Assembly (NCBI GenBank): GCA_021962125.1
Contig: JAGDYQ010000001.1
Coordinates: 5,463,061-5,527,060 of the forward strand
Origin: Bulinus truncatus
Lineage: Eukaryota
Direction: 5' to 3'
Length of the DNA: 64,000 nt
The notes under the pieces are model-generated. The model did not search any database, was not told the origin of the DNA, and saw only the letters and a program-made list of their open reading frames with translations. Position 1 is the first letter of the stretch. Every line of letters begins with the position of its first letter. The position numbers and the translations under genes are program-made. This document shows, one piece after another, positions 36,291-48,626 of the stretch.

Positions 36291-37106
36291 GGTCAACAGT
36301 TTTTTTAGTGGTTTACAGTATCTAAGAGATGTTTATCTCATCATTTCAAGGACTACTAAAAATATTTTTTTTTCTCTTTACATTTAATGTTATCCCTCTA
36401 CCCTGTTGGTCATGAGCCCCCAAGAAGTTCACCAATTGTGTGATGCAATACTAATAGTATACTAGGCCTGATTTATGAATGGGCTGTAGAGACTAAGGTT
36501 AATGATGGTGATGGCTTATCTACTTGTTTTGTGTAGTTTAAGATCATATTTTTTTAAGTTTCTATCATACACTTTGTGAGTAAAATAAAAAAAAAAATAA
36601 AAATTGAAAGTAATGATTATGTTGAGTAATTGAGAAATATAGTTGGATATTGAAAAGTATTTGAAATGTAGATGGTTTAAATTTGATTGATGCAAAGAAA
36701 ATGAATGTCAGAATTAGTTCATGAGAAGCCCTATTATGCCTATTGTCCAACCCAAAAGGAAAAAGATTGGAATATTAGCACAACAATGAGAAATTCAAAT
36801 TCCTAAAACTCTCAAAATACTTTTGTAATTCTCAGGCTTGGCACTTAACTGGCTAATATGGCTTGTTGGCATTACAATATTTGTGGGAGATTGAAGGAAA
36901 TAAATAGGACACACTGCCATGGTTAGGGACCTTGTATGAAGTAAAAAGGTTTTGTGTTGAATGAAGATTGTTGTGATTGCACACCGATGCAGTGATTATC
37001 TTTATACTGTTATGAAAAAAATCATCTCATCCTTACAGGGACTAAAAATAATAATTTGAATTTTGAGATGACATTGATATTTATAATAAGAAATTGTATT
37101 TTTCAG

Positions 37107-37199
37107 TAGCGTCTGAACCCACTTATGGATGTGAGGACTTAATCTATGGAGATTTTGAAAATCTTGATTGCTTATCAGAAGAATCTTATAAGGAGAAAG
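37107..37199 (+). CDS. PARP4: Candidate PARP4-like exon B, acidic ((V)ASEPTYGCEDLIYGDFENLDCLSEESYKEK).
   Basis: Acceptor TTTTCAG; donor GTGCCT; phase 1 in and out; acidic, like the human SQPEVSEDFEEDG region. Confidence 0.4.
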
Positions 37200-37578
37200 G
37201 TGCCTGTTTTTTTTTTTTATTAGTGTTATAGCTGATAATTTGTAAAAGTTCCGAAATTACAGTAAAACATAACATATTGCTTTTGTATGATATAATTGAA
37301 CATGAGAGAATTAAACAGGTTTAATTAAATAAGTTTTTACATTAATGGGCAAAGAACAATACATAGATCTAAATGAGCACCCATGCTGTCATTGTTAGTA
37401 ATGATAATTTATTTATGTAAAAAATTTTATGATTTAAGCATGTTTTTTTTACATTTTAGTGCATTTTAATAAAAATTCCTTTTTATAAAAAAATATTTAT
37501 GAATTTTTTTTCTTCATTAGATTGTTTATAATTGATAACTAGAAAATACATGTATGATATTTTTTATCCTAAATCTAG

Positions 37579-37659
37579 TTAAAGAAATATCAAGTCTCAA
37601 GATGAAGAAGAAGAAAACACAGATGGGTTTCAGAGTATCTGAAGTAGCTTTGGATAAAG
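37579..37659 (+). CDS. PARP4: Candidate PARP4-like exon C ((V)KEISSLKMKKKKTQMGFRVSEVALDK).
   Basis: Acceptor AATCTAG; donor GTTTCA; phase 1 in and out; basic stretch resembling human SKRKHRKIPFSKRK; shares the motif RVSEVALDK / KVAEVAWD with exon A. Confidence 0.4.
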
Positions 37660-38124
37660 GTTTCAACCTAAAATTAACCATCTTTCCAATAGAGTTAAAT
37701 TGATAACAGTCCTTTGAATATAGAGATTAATTTATCAAAGTTAGTTGTGATGATAAAATTATTACAAGATCATCTATACCTGTAAATATAAATATTTTGG
37801 TTGGCATTTAATAAAAAACTTAAAAAGAAAAAAAAGAAAAGCAAAGTTTTCATCAGAATCACAGAGTTGAAGAATAAAATGGACAAATTACAGAGATAAT
37901 AAGACTATTTATGATTGTTAAGAAACCCATAGAAATTGTACAGGAGCAAACTGTAAGATTCAAACTCAGAAATAGTTTTGATTTTCCGTTTAAATCTTGT
38001 TTTTTTTTTTTTATAGACGTATGAACTAATTTTAATTCAGAGTATCAATAATATGCTAGTAATGTTAGAAAATAAAACATAATGTAACGGCATTTTTGTT
38101 TATACACAATTTTTCTATTAACAG

Positions 38125-38223
38125 GACGCTCTGCAGATTCAGATATGACTGAAGTCACACTGGGTGCCAACAGTTCTAAGCAAATATTTGCTTCTTCATC
38201 AGTTAAACCTCCTATTGTGAAAC
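38125..38223 (+). CDS. PARP4: Candidate PARP4-like exon D ((G)RSADSDMTEVTLGANSSKQIFASSSVKPPIVK).
   Basis: Acceptor TTAACAG; donor GTAACT; phase 1 in and out. Confidence 0.4.
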
Positions 38224-40072
38224 GTAACTTTGATTTTTTAAAAATAACCTTGTTGTTGTTTGTTGTACAGCTATAGGAAAATTGAAAACCATATAATATA
38301 TTCTGTGTAAATGAATGGTTGTAAGCAGAATGCAATCTACACTGTCCTCTAGTATGTCATAGTTGCAGTGACCAGATTTTTCTGAGGTCAACTGGAAGGG
38401 GGTGTGAGGGTTGGATCTAATGAAGCCATATTCCTTCTTGGTTGATGTAAAACAGAAGGGTAAAAAAAACTGATTAAATGGAACATACCCTTTCCTAATT
38501 GAGAATGATATCATTCATTAGAAGGCTAACATTGCCACAGTTCAAAGTATCAGAAGTGTTTACATTGGCGCAGCTCAAAGTATCAGGAGTGTTTACATTG
38601 GCACAATTTAAAGTATCAGAAGTGTTTACATTGGCACTGTTCTAAAGTATCATTGTAAGTTTTGTGTTTACATTGACACAGTTCAGAGTATTAGAAGTGC
38701 TTGAGAGTAATTTATTATTCTTTTTGGAATCTGAAGGGGAATGTTAAATTTTCAATATTCATAAAAAAAAACTACAAATAACAGTTTAGTTTTTTTAATA
38801 ATAAAAATTTTGATGCAACAGGCTTAGATAGATTTGAAATATCAATTAGTGAATTGCTGTATTTAATTGAAAGTAAAATGGTAACAATATTATGTCATTA
38901 AAGATTTAAAACATCAAAGTGAAAAAAATAAATTCGTCAACTAGCTCTTAAATATTCCATAAAAATTGTTATTTTTTTCTCACCATTTACATTATGAGCA
39001 CATTAAAAATATGAATGATTAGCCTTCATGCATCATAATGAACAAAATGGAATTAGAATGAGTGTAGAAAAATGTACTCAGTTCATCAGAAAAAAGGACT
39101 GGATGGGATATTTCCTTACCATTCTGAAATATTTCATGGACCTTCCCATCATGCTGTCACTAACAACTTCTGAACTAATCTGTCTTTTCCCTTTAAGATT
39201 AAGTTTTAAATACTTTCTTTATTGTTACTCAAGGTTTCGCATTGATGAGAGCCACAAAAACGATAAGAGATGATACAAGAGAAGAGCCTTTGAAAATAGG
39301 TATGGTATTTAATCTAAGTTGTGTAGAGTTTAATGTTTCATTACTGAATTAATGATTACATGATCTCTAAACCTCAACCATTACTTTTATGATTAGTTTT
39401 TTTAGATTTTTCATTCAATTCATTTCAACTGCTAAATCAATAGCAGGAGTTCAAGGACAATACAGCCAACTGATCTCTCATTTCCTCTCTATGCTAAGGG
39501 CAGTGATAACAAGTCTGGTATAGTTTCATTTGTACATTTGTTTTTTGAAGCCAGCTTTTGTGTATGTGACCTCTCTGATAAGTGCCATTATGTCTAAGTA
39601 TAGAGTGCTGTGACACACCAATTCAGAGATACCAGATATGGTTTTTAAGGACCTGACACCAGTTTTGTCAGTTTTGTGTTTACATTGGTGCAGTTCAGAG
39701 TATCAGAGTGTTTACATTGGTGCAGTTCAGAGTATCAGAAATGCTTGAGAGTAATTTATTATTCTTTTTGGAATCTGAACTGGAATGTTAAATTTTCAAT
39801 ATTCATAAAAAACAAACTACGAACAACAGTTTAGTTTTTTTAATATTAAAAATTTTGATGCAACAGGCTTAGATAGATTGGAAGCATCAATTAGTGAATT
39901 GCTGTATTTAATTGAAAGTAAAATGGTAACAGTATTATGTCATTAAAGATTTAAAACATCAAAGTGAAAAAAACAAATTCGTTTACTAGCTCTTAAATAT
40001 TCCATAAAAATTGTTATTTTTTTTCTCACCATTTACATTATGAGCACATTAAAAATATGAATGATTAGCCTC

Positions 40073-40552
40073 TGTAAATGACGTTTTTATATGAACTGGT
40101 TAATAATGAGAACTCAATTCATGTCCATGGTTCATACGATTTATTGACGACACAATAACATATAAACAGAATAAATCCAATGAATAATACTTGTTAACAA
40201 TGAACTTAACTGATCAACTAAAACTTCTGATATGTACTCGAATACTCTCTCTTTACTCAACTGAACTTCTGAACTCAAATAACTTCACTGACTCGATTGA
40301 CTCAATTCTCCCAATTCCCCCTTTACTCAACTGAACATCGTCTTTATATAATTTCCTTCCATCCAACTCGAACATTCCACATCGCTCTGTCTCACTCATT
40401 TAGTCAATACAATTTACAAATAAACAACATATTTATTTTCTATAAACATCTCTCTCGAATCTTGACCCCGTGACCACATGTTGACCTGGTTGGCCAAGCT
40501 CCAAAGATACACACACACCTGTGTGCGTAGTACTCATAACTATACCATGACA
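40073..40552 (-). repeat. 3' LTR in element orientation (TGTAAATG...CCATGACA on the plus strand).
   Basis: About 98% identical to the copy at 43167-43647; differences cluster in the first 25 bp. Confidence 0.85.
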
Positions 40553-40568
40553 CCTCCCCCCTTTTCTT
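40553..40568 (-). other. Polypurine tract (minus strand AAGAAAAGGGGGGAGG) immediately 5' of the 3' LTR.
   Basis: Purine run abutting the LTR TG terminus. Confidence 0.6.
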
Positions 40569-40733
40569 AAACATAATTTAGGTGAATATATAGTGTCAAA
40601 AATATGTACATATACAATGTATACAATCTTGTGATTCAATATCAAAATAAGAAGTACATGCAATCACATATTATAAACAATGTGATATTTTACAATAGTC
40701 ATTTTGTTTTAGTTTAGTCTGTATGAAAATTAT

Positions 40734-42452
40734 TTAATTATTCATGTACACATATGGTCTAAAAAATTTAAATTTACTTCTAAAGCATTTGGCTCTTCTA
40801 TTGAAACATTTATCCAGCAACATATCTGCATCACGACATCTTGCACCATTCACATGCTGTCTTTCATCATCATAATTTCTGTTGTTATGATATATTGTTC
40901 TGTAGTTATCTGGTTTCCTGCCAAAGCGCTTGTATCTGTGCTCATTCTGATTCACTTCTCTATGATGTCTGTAGTCATGCATCATCTTTCCATTGTGATC
41001 TATTCTTCTCTTGGTTATGTACGGATCTATCCTTCTCTTAGTCATGAACTCTTTGCATTGTTTCTCAATGTGACCTCTCTTGCAACACCTGTAACAAACA
41101 ATGTTCATTCTTCTTGACCTACAATCCTTGTATCTGTGTCCTATATGTCGACAATATTTGCAAAAAATTACTTCTGGTTGAGTTGTTTTATTTTTATGTG
41201 AGAACTTTCTTGAATGATTCATCTCTTCTCTCCTTCTTGAGTCGTTAACATTTGTTCTCACTGCAGATTTGAGATTTGACCTTGTTCTACGGTCATTGAT
41301 ATTTGATCTTGTTCTAGATTCATTGACATTTGGTCTTGTTCTAGATTCATTGATATTTGGTCTTGTTCTAGATTCATAGACATCTCCTGTCCAACCTTTT
41401 TTATTATCCTTTTGATTTCTAGTTTTTTTAAACAACGAAACGACTTGTTCAACTTTGTTTTTAGTTAGATATTTGGTATTTTTACACTGTGTTTCTACCA
41501 ACATTGTACCAACGATATGTTCTGGACTAACGTTGTCATTAGGATCAGTTTGAGTATGTTTATTGTCTCTATCATTACTTGTCTGACTGGTATGCATTAC
41601 TTTCTCTTTTATACATGTGATCTCACATCCTATTGTATTTAATTTCTCTTCTACTACTGAGATAACTTCATTGTTTATTTTGTGCTCATTAGCATATGTT
41701 AGCTTAGTCTTGTGTTGTTTACTTTTCAAATCGCTTATGTCAGCCTGCATACTTCCGAGTTTCGTTTCCACTTCGTCAATTTTGTTAATGATTAATTCTA
41801 TTTTGATGTTTAATTTGAGAAGTTTATCCATTATATTCTGATATTGTACAGCAGTAGTTTCACCATCTACGTTTTCTGTTTGTGTACATTTCTGTATAGT
41901 ATCTACTCCAATTTCTTTTAAAATAAATTCTGCTAGTTTTCCATATTGTAAACCAATTAGTCGTCCTTTTAAACAAGCTACATCCCAAGAATCTAATTTA
42001 TGTTCATCACATTCAAGTTCTCGAGCTCTTTTACTTTTATAGAAATATCTGCACAGTTTCAACTGGACTTGGCAATATGTAAGATCATCATAGTTAGGTA
42101 TAGTGAGTAGAGCTTCTTTTGCTTCACATTCACAAGATTCAAATAGTTGAGTTGTCCATTTACTACGTTGTATATTATTAAGATCACAAAATCCTTCAAA
42201 ATCTATAAAATATTCATCAATGTCAAATGTTCTTCCATCAAATTTGTTAATGCCCGATATAGTTCCTGAATATCTAGTTTTGTGTAATTCATAATATTTT
42301 TCTCTTTCCTTCATAAAGTGTGACAGTTCTCTTCCTTTCAGACGTAGCATATCAGCATACCATAACCATCTTTCAGTACTATCTTCCAAAGATTCAATAT
42401 ATGCCATTTTATATATTCTGTTTTTCAGTAATTTCAAGTGTGTAGCAATCAA
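40734..42452 (-). CDS. Gag-like protein, 572 aa, with coiled-coil region, basic SRTRPN repeats and two CCHC zinc knuckles (CKYCRHIGHRYKDC, CYRCCKRGHIEKQC).
   Basis: Intact ORF between the LTRs; two CX2CX4HX4C motifs typical of retroelement nucleocapsid. Confidence 0.8.
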   Translation of the reverse strand: MIATHLKLLKNRIYKMAYIESLEDSTERWLWYADMLRLKGRELSHFMKEREKYYELHKTRYSGTISGINKFDGRTFDIDEYFIDFEGFCDLNNIQRSKWTTQLFESCECEAKEALLTIPNYDDLTYCQVQLKLCRYFYKSKRARELECDEHKLDSWDVACLKGRLIGLQYGKLAEFILKEIGVDTIQKCTQTENVDGETTAVQYQNIMDKLLKLNIKIELIINKIDEVETKLGSMQADISDLKSKQHKTKLTYANEHKINNEVISVVEEKLNTIGCEITCIKEKVMHTSQTSNDRDNKHTQTDPNDNVSPEHIVGTMLVETQCKNTKYLTKNKVEQVVSLFKKTRNQKDNKKGWTGDVYESRTRPNINESRTRPNVNESRTRSNINDRRTRSNLKSAVRTNVNDSRRREEMNHSRKFSHKNKTTQPEVIFCKYCRHIGHRYKDCRSRRMNIVCYRCCKRGHIEKQCKEFMTKRRIDPYITKRRIDHNGKMMHDYRHHREVNQNEHRYKRFGRKPDNYRTIYHNNRNYDDERQHVNGARCRDADMLLDKCFNRRAKCFRSKFKFFRPYVYMNN

Positions 42453-43148
42453 TCCAATGCACGAACTAAAATATTAATATTATCAAATCTATATAAAAAA
42501 TATTATAATAATGACATCAAAATAACAACATAAACAATGAACCATGAAATTATCTAGGATAAGATAAAAGAATGTTACAAGAGGAATACAAATATTAATA
42601 AACAAATGTATAAACAAACTAGACATATACCACTAAACAAATATTTAAATCTAGTGTCTAAGTGGAGCCTTAAATTCACTCAAAAATACAAAAATGTATA
42701 TATAACTCCAAAAAGACAATAAATTAATTCCTAATAGCAAATGAAATTAGCTAGTCTAATATTCATTTGAAAAATACATGTAACATGAATAAAAGAAAAA
42801 TTAGTACACTGGAATTATACACAAAGATTTTCAATTCAATTAAATTATCTCAAGTTAATACTAATTATGTCCCTTGTTTACTTGACCTTCTCCTTTGTTC
42901 TCGAATAAATTCGAATAAAACAGTTTACTACAGTTGCTGTTCTATAAATAGTCCAGTCCAGCAAAGTTATAAATAAACTTGAAAGTTCATGAAATTTCTG
43001 ACCTGCTTCGTAAGAATTGTTTACAAAAATGTTCCACTTGACTGCACACGTTAAGTGCGTATATTCTATTCAGGCCAATTTACTGTCCAGCGACGAATCA
43101 ACGAATGATATTATTATTCAACTCAATGTGTCCTCGGAGGCGGATTCA

Positions 43149-43166
43149 CTACGTTGCTGGCCACCA
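43149..43166 (-). other. Primer-binding-site-like sequence (minus strand TGGTGGCCAGCAACGTAG) immediately 3' of the 5' LTR.
   Basis: Begins TGG and is complementary to a tRNA 3' end ...UGCUGGCCACCA; which tRNA is not determined. Confidence 0.5.
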
Positions 43167-43647
43167 TGTAAATGATGTTCTTGTATGAATTGGTTTAATA
43201 ATGAGAACTCAATTCATGTCCATGGTTCATACGATTTATTGACGACACAATAACATATAAACAGAATAAATCCAATGAATAATACTTGTTAACAATGAAC
43301 TTAACTGATCAACTAAAACTTCTGATATGTACTCGAATACTCTCTCTTTACTCAACTGAACTTCTGAACTCAAATAACTTCACTGACTCGATTGACTCAA
43401 TTCTCCCAATTCCCCCTTTACTCAACTGAACATCGTCTTTATATAATTTCCTTCCATCCAACTCGAACATTCCACATCGCTCTGTCTCACTCATTTAGTC
43501 AATACAATTTACAAATAAACAACATATTTATTTTCTATAAACATCTCTCTCGAATCTTGACCCCGTGACCACATGTTGACCTGGTTGGCCAAGCTCCAAA
43601 GATACACACACACCTGTGTGCGTAGTACTCATAACTATACCATGACA
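43167..43647 (-). repeat. 5' LTR in element orientation.
   Basis: Direct repeat of 40073-40552; flanked by the TSD GCCTC at 43648-43652. Confidence 0.85.
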
Positions 43648-44389
43648 GCCTCCATGCATCATAATGAACAAAATGGAATTAGAATGAGTGTAGAAAAATG
43701 TACTCAGTTCATCAGAAAACAGGACTGGATGGGATATTTCCTTACCATTCTGAAATATTTCATGGACCTTCCCATCATGCTGGGATGGTTGATGCAAAAC
43801 TAATACAGTCACTAATAACTTCTGAACTAATCTGTCTTTTCCCTTTAAGATTAAGTTTTAAATACTTTCTTTATTTTTACTCAAGGTAGCGCTAATATGA
43901 GAGCCACAAAATTGATAAGAGAAGATACAAGAGAGGAGGATTTGGACATAGGTATTGTATTTAATCTAATTTGTGTAGAGTTTAATGTTTCATTACTGAA
44001 TTAATGATTACATGATCTCTTTAACTGCCAAATCAATAGCGGGAGTTCAGGGACATTACAGCCAACTGATCTCTCATTTTCAGTCTATGCTAAGGGCAGT
44101 GATAACAAGTCTGGTATAGTTTCATCTGTACATTTGTTTTTTGAAGCCAGCTTTTGTGTATGTGACCTCTCTGATAAGTGCCATCATGTCTAAGTATAGA
44201 GTGCTGTGACACACCAATTCAGAGATACCAGATATGGTTTTTAAGGACCCGACACCAGATGGCTGACCTTAATTCAAACATCGAATAAAGTGCCATCTTG
44301 GTTGGGCCAGTTCACTGAAATCACAAACTCTTAGAAACCAACCATGCAGCTAATTTTACATGGTATGGTAGAGATGTGGAGCATTGGCC

Positions 44390-45890
44390 AGTTCAAAGTA
44401 CCAGAGTGTTTACATTGGCGCAGTTCTAAGTATCAGTGTTTACATTGGCGCAGTTCAAAGTACCAGAGTGTTTACATTGGCGCAGTTCTAAGTATCAGTG
44501 TTTACATTGGTTCAGTTCTAAGTATCAGTGTTTACATTGGTGCAGTTCTAAGTATCAGTGTTTACATTGGCGCAGTTCAAAGTATCAGTGTTTACATTGG
44601 TGCAGTTCTAAGTATCAGTGTTTACATTGGTGCAGTTCTAAGTACCAGAGTGTTTACATTGGTGCAGTTCTAAGTATCAGTGTTTACATTGGTGCAGTTC
44701 TAAGTACCAGAGTGTTTACATTGGTGCAGTTCTAAGTATCAGTGTTTACATTGGTGCAGTTCTAAGTACCAGAGTGTTTACATTGGTGCAGTTCTAAGTA
44801 TCAGTGTTTACATTGGTGCAGTTCTAAGTACCAGAGTGTTTACATTGGTGCAGTTCTAAGTATCAGTGTTTACATTGGTGCAGTTCTAAGTATCAGTGTT
44901 TACATTGGTGCAGTTCTAAGTACCAGAGTGTTTACATTGGTGCAGTTCTAAGCATCAGTGTTTACATTGGCGCAGTTCTAAGTATCAGTGTTTACATTGG
45001 TGCAGTTCTAAGTACCAGAGTGTTTACATTGGTACAGTTCTAAGTATCAGTGTTTACATTGGTGCAGTTCTAAGTATCAGTGTTTACATTGGTGCAGTTC
45101 TAAGTATCAGTGTTTACATTGGTGCAGTTCTAAGTATCAGTGTTTACATTGGTGCAGTTCAAAGTATCAGTGTTTACATTGGTGCAGTTCTAAGTATCAG
45201 AGTGTTTACATTGGTGCAGTTCTAAGTATCAGAGTGTTTACATTGGTGCAGTTCAAAGTACCAGAGTGTTTACATTGGTGCAGTTCAAAGTATCAGTGTT
45301 TACATTGGTGCAGTTCTAAGTATCAGTGTTTACATTGGCACAGTTCAAAGTACCAGAGTGTTTACATTGGCACAGTTCAAAGTATCAGAGTGTTTACATT
45401 GGTGCAGTTCTAAGTATCAGAGTGTTTACATTGGTGCAGTTCAAAGTACCAGAGTGTTTACATTGGTGCAGTTCTAAGTATCAGTGTTTACATTGGTGCA
45501 GTTCTAAGTATCAGTGTTTACATTGGTGCAGTTCTAAGTATCAGTGCTTACATTGGTGCAGTTCTAAGTATCAGGGTTTACATTGGTGCAGTTCTAAGTA
45601 CCAGAGTGTTTACATTGGTGCAGTTCTAAGTATCAGTGTTTACATTGGTGCAGTTCTAAGTACCAGAGTGTTTACATTGGTGCAGTTCTAAGTATCAGTG
45701 TTTACATTGGTGCAGTTTTAAGTATCAGTGTTTACATTGGTGCAGTTCTAAGTACCAGTGTTTACATTGGCGCAGTTCTAAGTATCAGTGTTTACAATGG
45801 TGCAGTTCTAAGTACCAGTGTTTACATTGGCGCAGTTCTAAGTATCAGAGTGTTTACATTGGTGCAGTTCTAAGTATCAGTGTCCTATTT
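44390..45890. repeat. Minisatellite, 30-bp unit (AGTGTTTACATTGGTGCAGTTCTAAGTATC) with 36-bp CCAGAG-insert variant, about 45 copies. Short blocks of the same repeat occur at 38520-38690 and 39660-39740.
   Basis: Direct reading. Confidence 0.95.
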
Positions 45891-47991
45891 CTCCTTCAGA
45901 ATGTATTTTCCATGTTTTAAACAGATTGCTATGCTATCCCCCAAATGAACAGCTGTTCGTTTGTTGGTGTGAGGGTAATGATCTCTGTCTAAGAGGTTTG
46001 AGTGAGGTGAAGTTGTATACAACAATATTCTTTTTTTTTTACACATCTCACTCTCTAGTTTCACTATAAGTAAAAACACAACTGAGTATTTCCAACGAGT
46101 TTATTGAGCAACCATGTAGTCTACTTTATATACTGGTACTGAAATGTACACTCAAAATCCTCAGCTATGGCACTCTCCCCCCCACTTGTAGCATAAAACC
46201 AATCTCTATGATTACATTAGCTCACTGTTTATGTATCTGGCTCCATCTCAACTATTCTGGCAAGTAAATAAAATTATGGCTTATATACTCTTACTTCTAT
46301 CACTCTATCTGTAGGTGACTTTACAGGTTAAAAAAATCACATAACATTTAGTGTCAAAACTAAATCTCCAACAATTTGATATCTAACTAGAAAGTCAGCT
46401 ACCTGGCTCTTCTCATAGGTCATAGGTCACATATGATGAACCCACAAGAAGGGATTCCAAATTTGCTGTCTGGTAATGGTTGTCACATCCCTTGCAATTT
46501 TTGTGTAATTCATCTTATTTCCTGTGTCGCATGGATGGCAAGTTTTGGAAGATGCGTGTGTGGCAAGGATATAAAGCTGCAGGGATGGCAAGTATCTGAT
46601 GCTCTGTGGATAGCAGTGATCTGATGCGGCATGACTCCTTCAATCTTATTCCATTCATAAATATTTACATGTTGTGTCAGCTTTGATGTTAACCATGAAC
46701 TTGGACACTTGTGAGTTTTTCTCTCTTTTGGCTCACCCATGTAGTGCTCTTGCCTGCCACACTCCTCTCAACTCATCCATATTTATGTCACATTCCTCAA
46801 CCTCAACATTCAATCTTGTTAGTGATTTTTTTTAATGAATAAGCAGCAGAGAAAGGACTTATGATCGCTAAAGTTTTTAGGTCTGAGAAATGTATGTGTG
46901 TATTACATTTAACAACTTTTTATAGGCTCTTACTATATTTTATAATTAGCTCTGACTGGAATGCTTTGTGTTTGTGAAATTTGACATCAGTTATCACCAA
47001 CCTCTCTGGGTTCAATCAATGTGAAATTTCAATAAGAAAATGAGCTGTTTTTGAATGTTCTAGTCTGATATTGTGCAGATTGCTAATTTTTTTTGTCCTG
47101 TGTGCTATTTTAAATATTTGATATAAAATTTACCAACAAATGCAATTCTTTTAACGTAAACACAAAGAAAAATGAAACTTCAGTTAATTCAGTCTTTTGT
47201 TGCCATACAAATTAATTTTATTAGTTTATATTACATGTATTGACAAACTACAAGATTAATAAATGAAACAAATGATAATATCCATTTTGGCCCTCATTAT
47301 TTTTTTTTAGTCAATAGAATCTCTATAAATATCTGTAAGATCTAAGGAATTATCTTTAACCTTCTTTAATTGAAGAATGCTAAATAACCTTATTCTATTA
47401 GAAAGATTAAAATCATACAAATTAAAAGTTTTTGCTTTTATCCATTTGTATTGCTTTTTTTTTTGTTTTTTTCCCCCACAGCCTTGTTTATGAAAAGTAA
47501 ATCTTTCTTTAAAAGATTAGATGGGTGGATATTAGTATATCATCATTTAATATTTTAATGCCCTTGTACTATGATTAGAGGCCTATAGCTTTTTGGCTCT
47601 GACATTGTTTTGCAAAAAATTGTTAATCACTTGGGTAATTTCATTTTAAGAGTATTTCATTGTAATCAGTAAAAAAAAAAAAAACAACATATTTTGCTGA
47701 TCAACACAAAAATATAATGTGGTACCATGGGCACCTTCATTGGATTAATGAGCATCTTGGTAAATGATGAACTGCACAGGGCTAGGTGCTGATGTTTATC
47801 TGACTAAGGATAGGAAGATCATGTGACGTGTATTAGTACAATAGGGCAAAGGTTAATATAAAAATAAAGGAACAGTCAGAGTACTTCTTTTTATTTTGTG
47901 GACACTGGTCTGAAGTTTTTAATCTACCGTTCAAAGTTTGTTTTTTAACCTGGTAGAGATAATCTGGTAATGTTTTCATTTTACCAAGCAG

Positions 47992-48085
47992 GAATTTTAT
48001 CTATGTCGTCGGCGACTCCATCAATTCTGGAACAGCCTAAGTGTGCGGCTGTAAAAGAAATGTCAGTCTCTTCAATGGGCTACAG
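47992..48085 (+). CDS. PARP4: Candidate PARP4-like exon E (..ILSMSSATPSILEQPKCAAVKEMSVSSMGY).
   Basis: Acceptor CCAAGCAG (alternative AAG at 47988); donor GTAGGG; phase 1 in, 2 out, which is the phase exon F requires. Confidence 0.4.
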
Positions 48086-48626
48086 GTAGGGGAAAAAAAA
48101 TTTTTGCACTTTTACTAAAAGAATACAAATTTATTTACATTTTTAGATACTATAACATACCAAAAATAACTTAGAATTAAATGTATTGCAAGAAAAAAAA
48201 TTATTTAGATCACTTAAATTGTATTTTCAGAATGTTTACTCATTCAAAAACTTCAATAATTTAAAAACTTAAAGTTATTTTTTTTTTTCATATTTTTTTG
48301 ACATTTCGCTTCACTGCGGAAAGAGAATCCCACAAACCACCTGTCAGATTTTGATAAAACTTCTAATTTATATTTAGAAGAGGTGTATTTATAGAATGAC
48401 AGAAGCTTTTAAAGAAATTTTAAGTCCATTTTTAAAATTTTTCAATTAGCATTTTTTTCTTATTTTCACCTTACTAAATTAAAAAAAACAATACATGTAT
48501 TTATTATATTATCAAAAAAGTACTTGGACATTCCATAAAAAAATATTTTTAAACATACTATATTATTACTATGATATTAAAATGTCTTAAACTTTAATAA
48601 CAATATTTTCATTTTGACCCGGGTAG

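Larger units (their letters stand above)
40073..43647 (-). mobile_element. Young non-autonomous LTR retrotransposon (gag only, about 3.58 kb) inserted in a PARP4-like intron.
   Basis: Two near-identical direct LTRs of about 480 bp starting TG and ending CA; 5-bp TSD GCCTC on both sides; PBS-like TGGTGGCCAGCA adjacent to the 5'LTR and a polypurine tract adjacent to the 3'LTR, both in minus orientation; internal 572-aa Gag ORF; no pol. Confidence 0.85.
38699..44258. repeat. Local tandem duplication of a unit of about 960 bp. Copy 1 is 38699-39662. Copy 2 is 39743-40072 plus 43653-44258, split by the LTR element.
   Basis: The two copies align along their length; joining the halves of copy 2 recreates the uninterrupted sequence of copy 1 (GATTAGCCTCCATGCATCA versus GATTAGCCTTCATGCATCA). 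Confidence 0.8.

Noticed and set aside
39028-39273. ORF MHHNEQNGIRMSVEKCTQF.., duplicated at 43573-43803
   Set aside because: Sits in the tandemly duplicated 960-bp unit, partly in LTR-adjacent sequence; no homology or splice context; probably non-coding.
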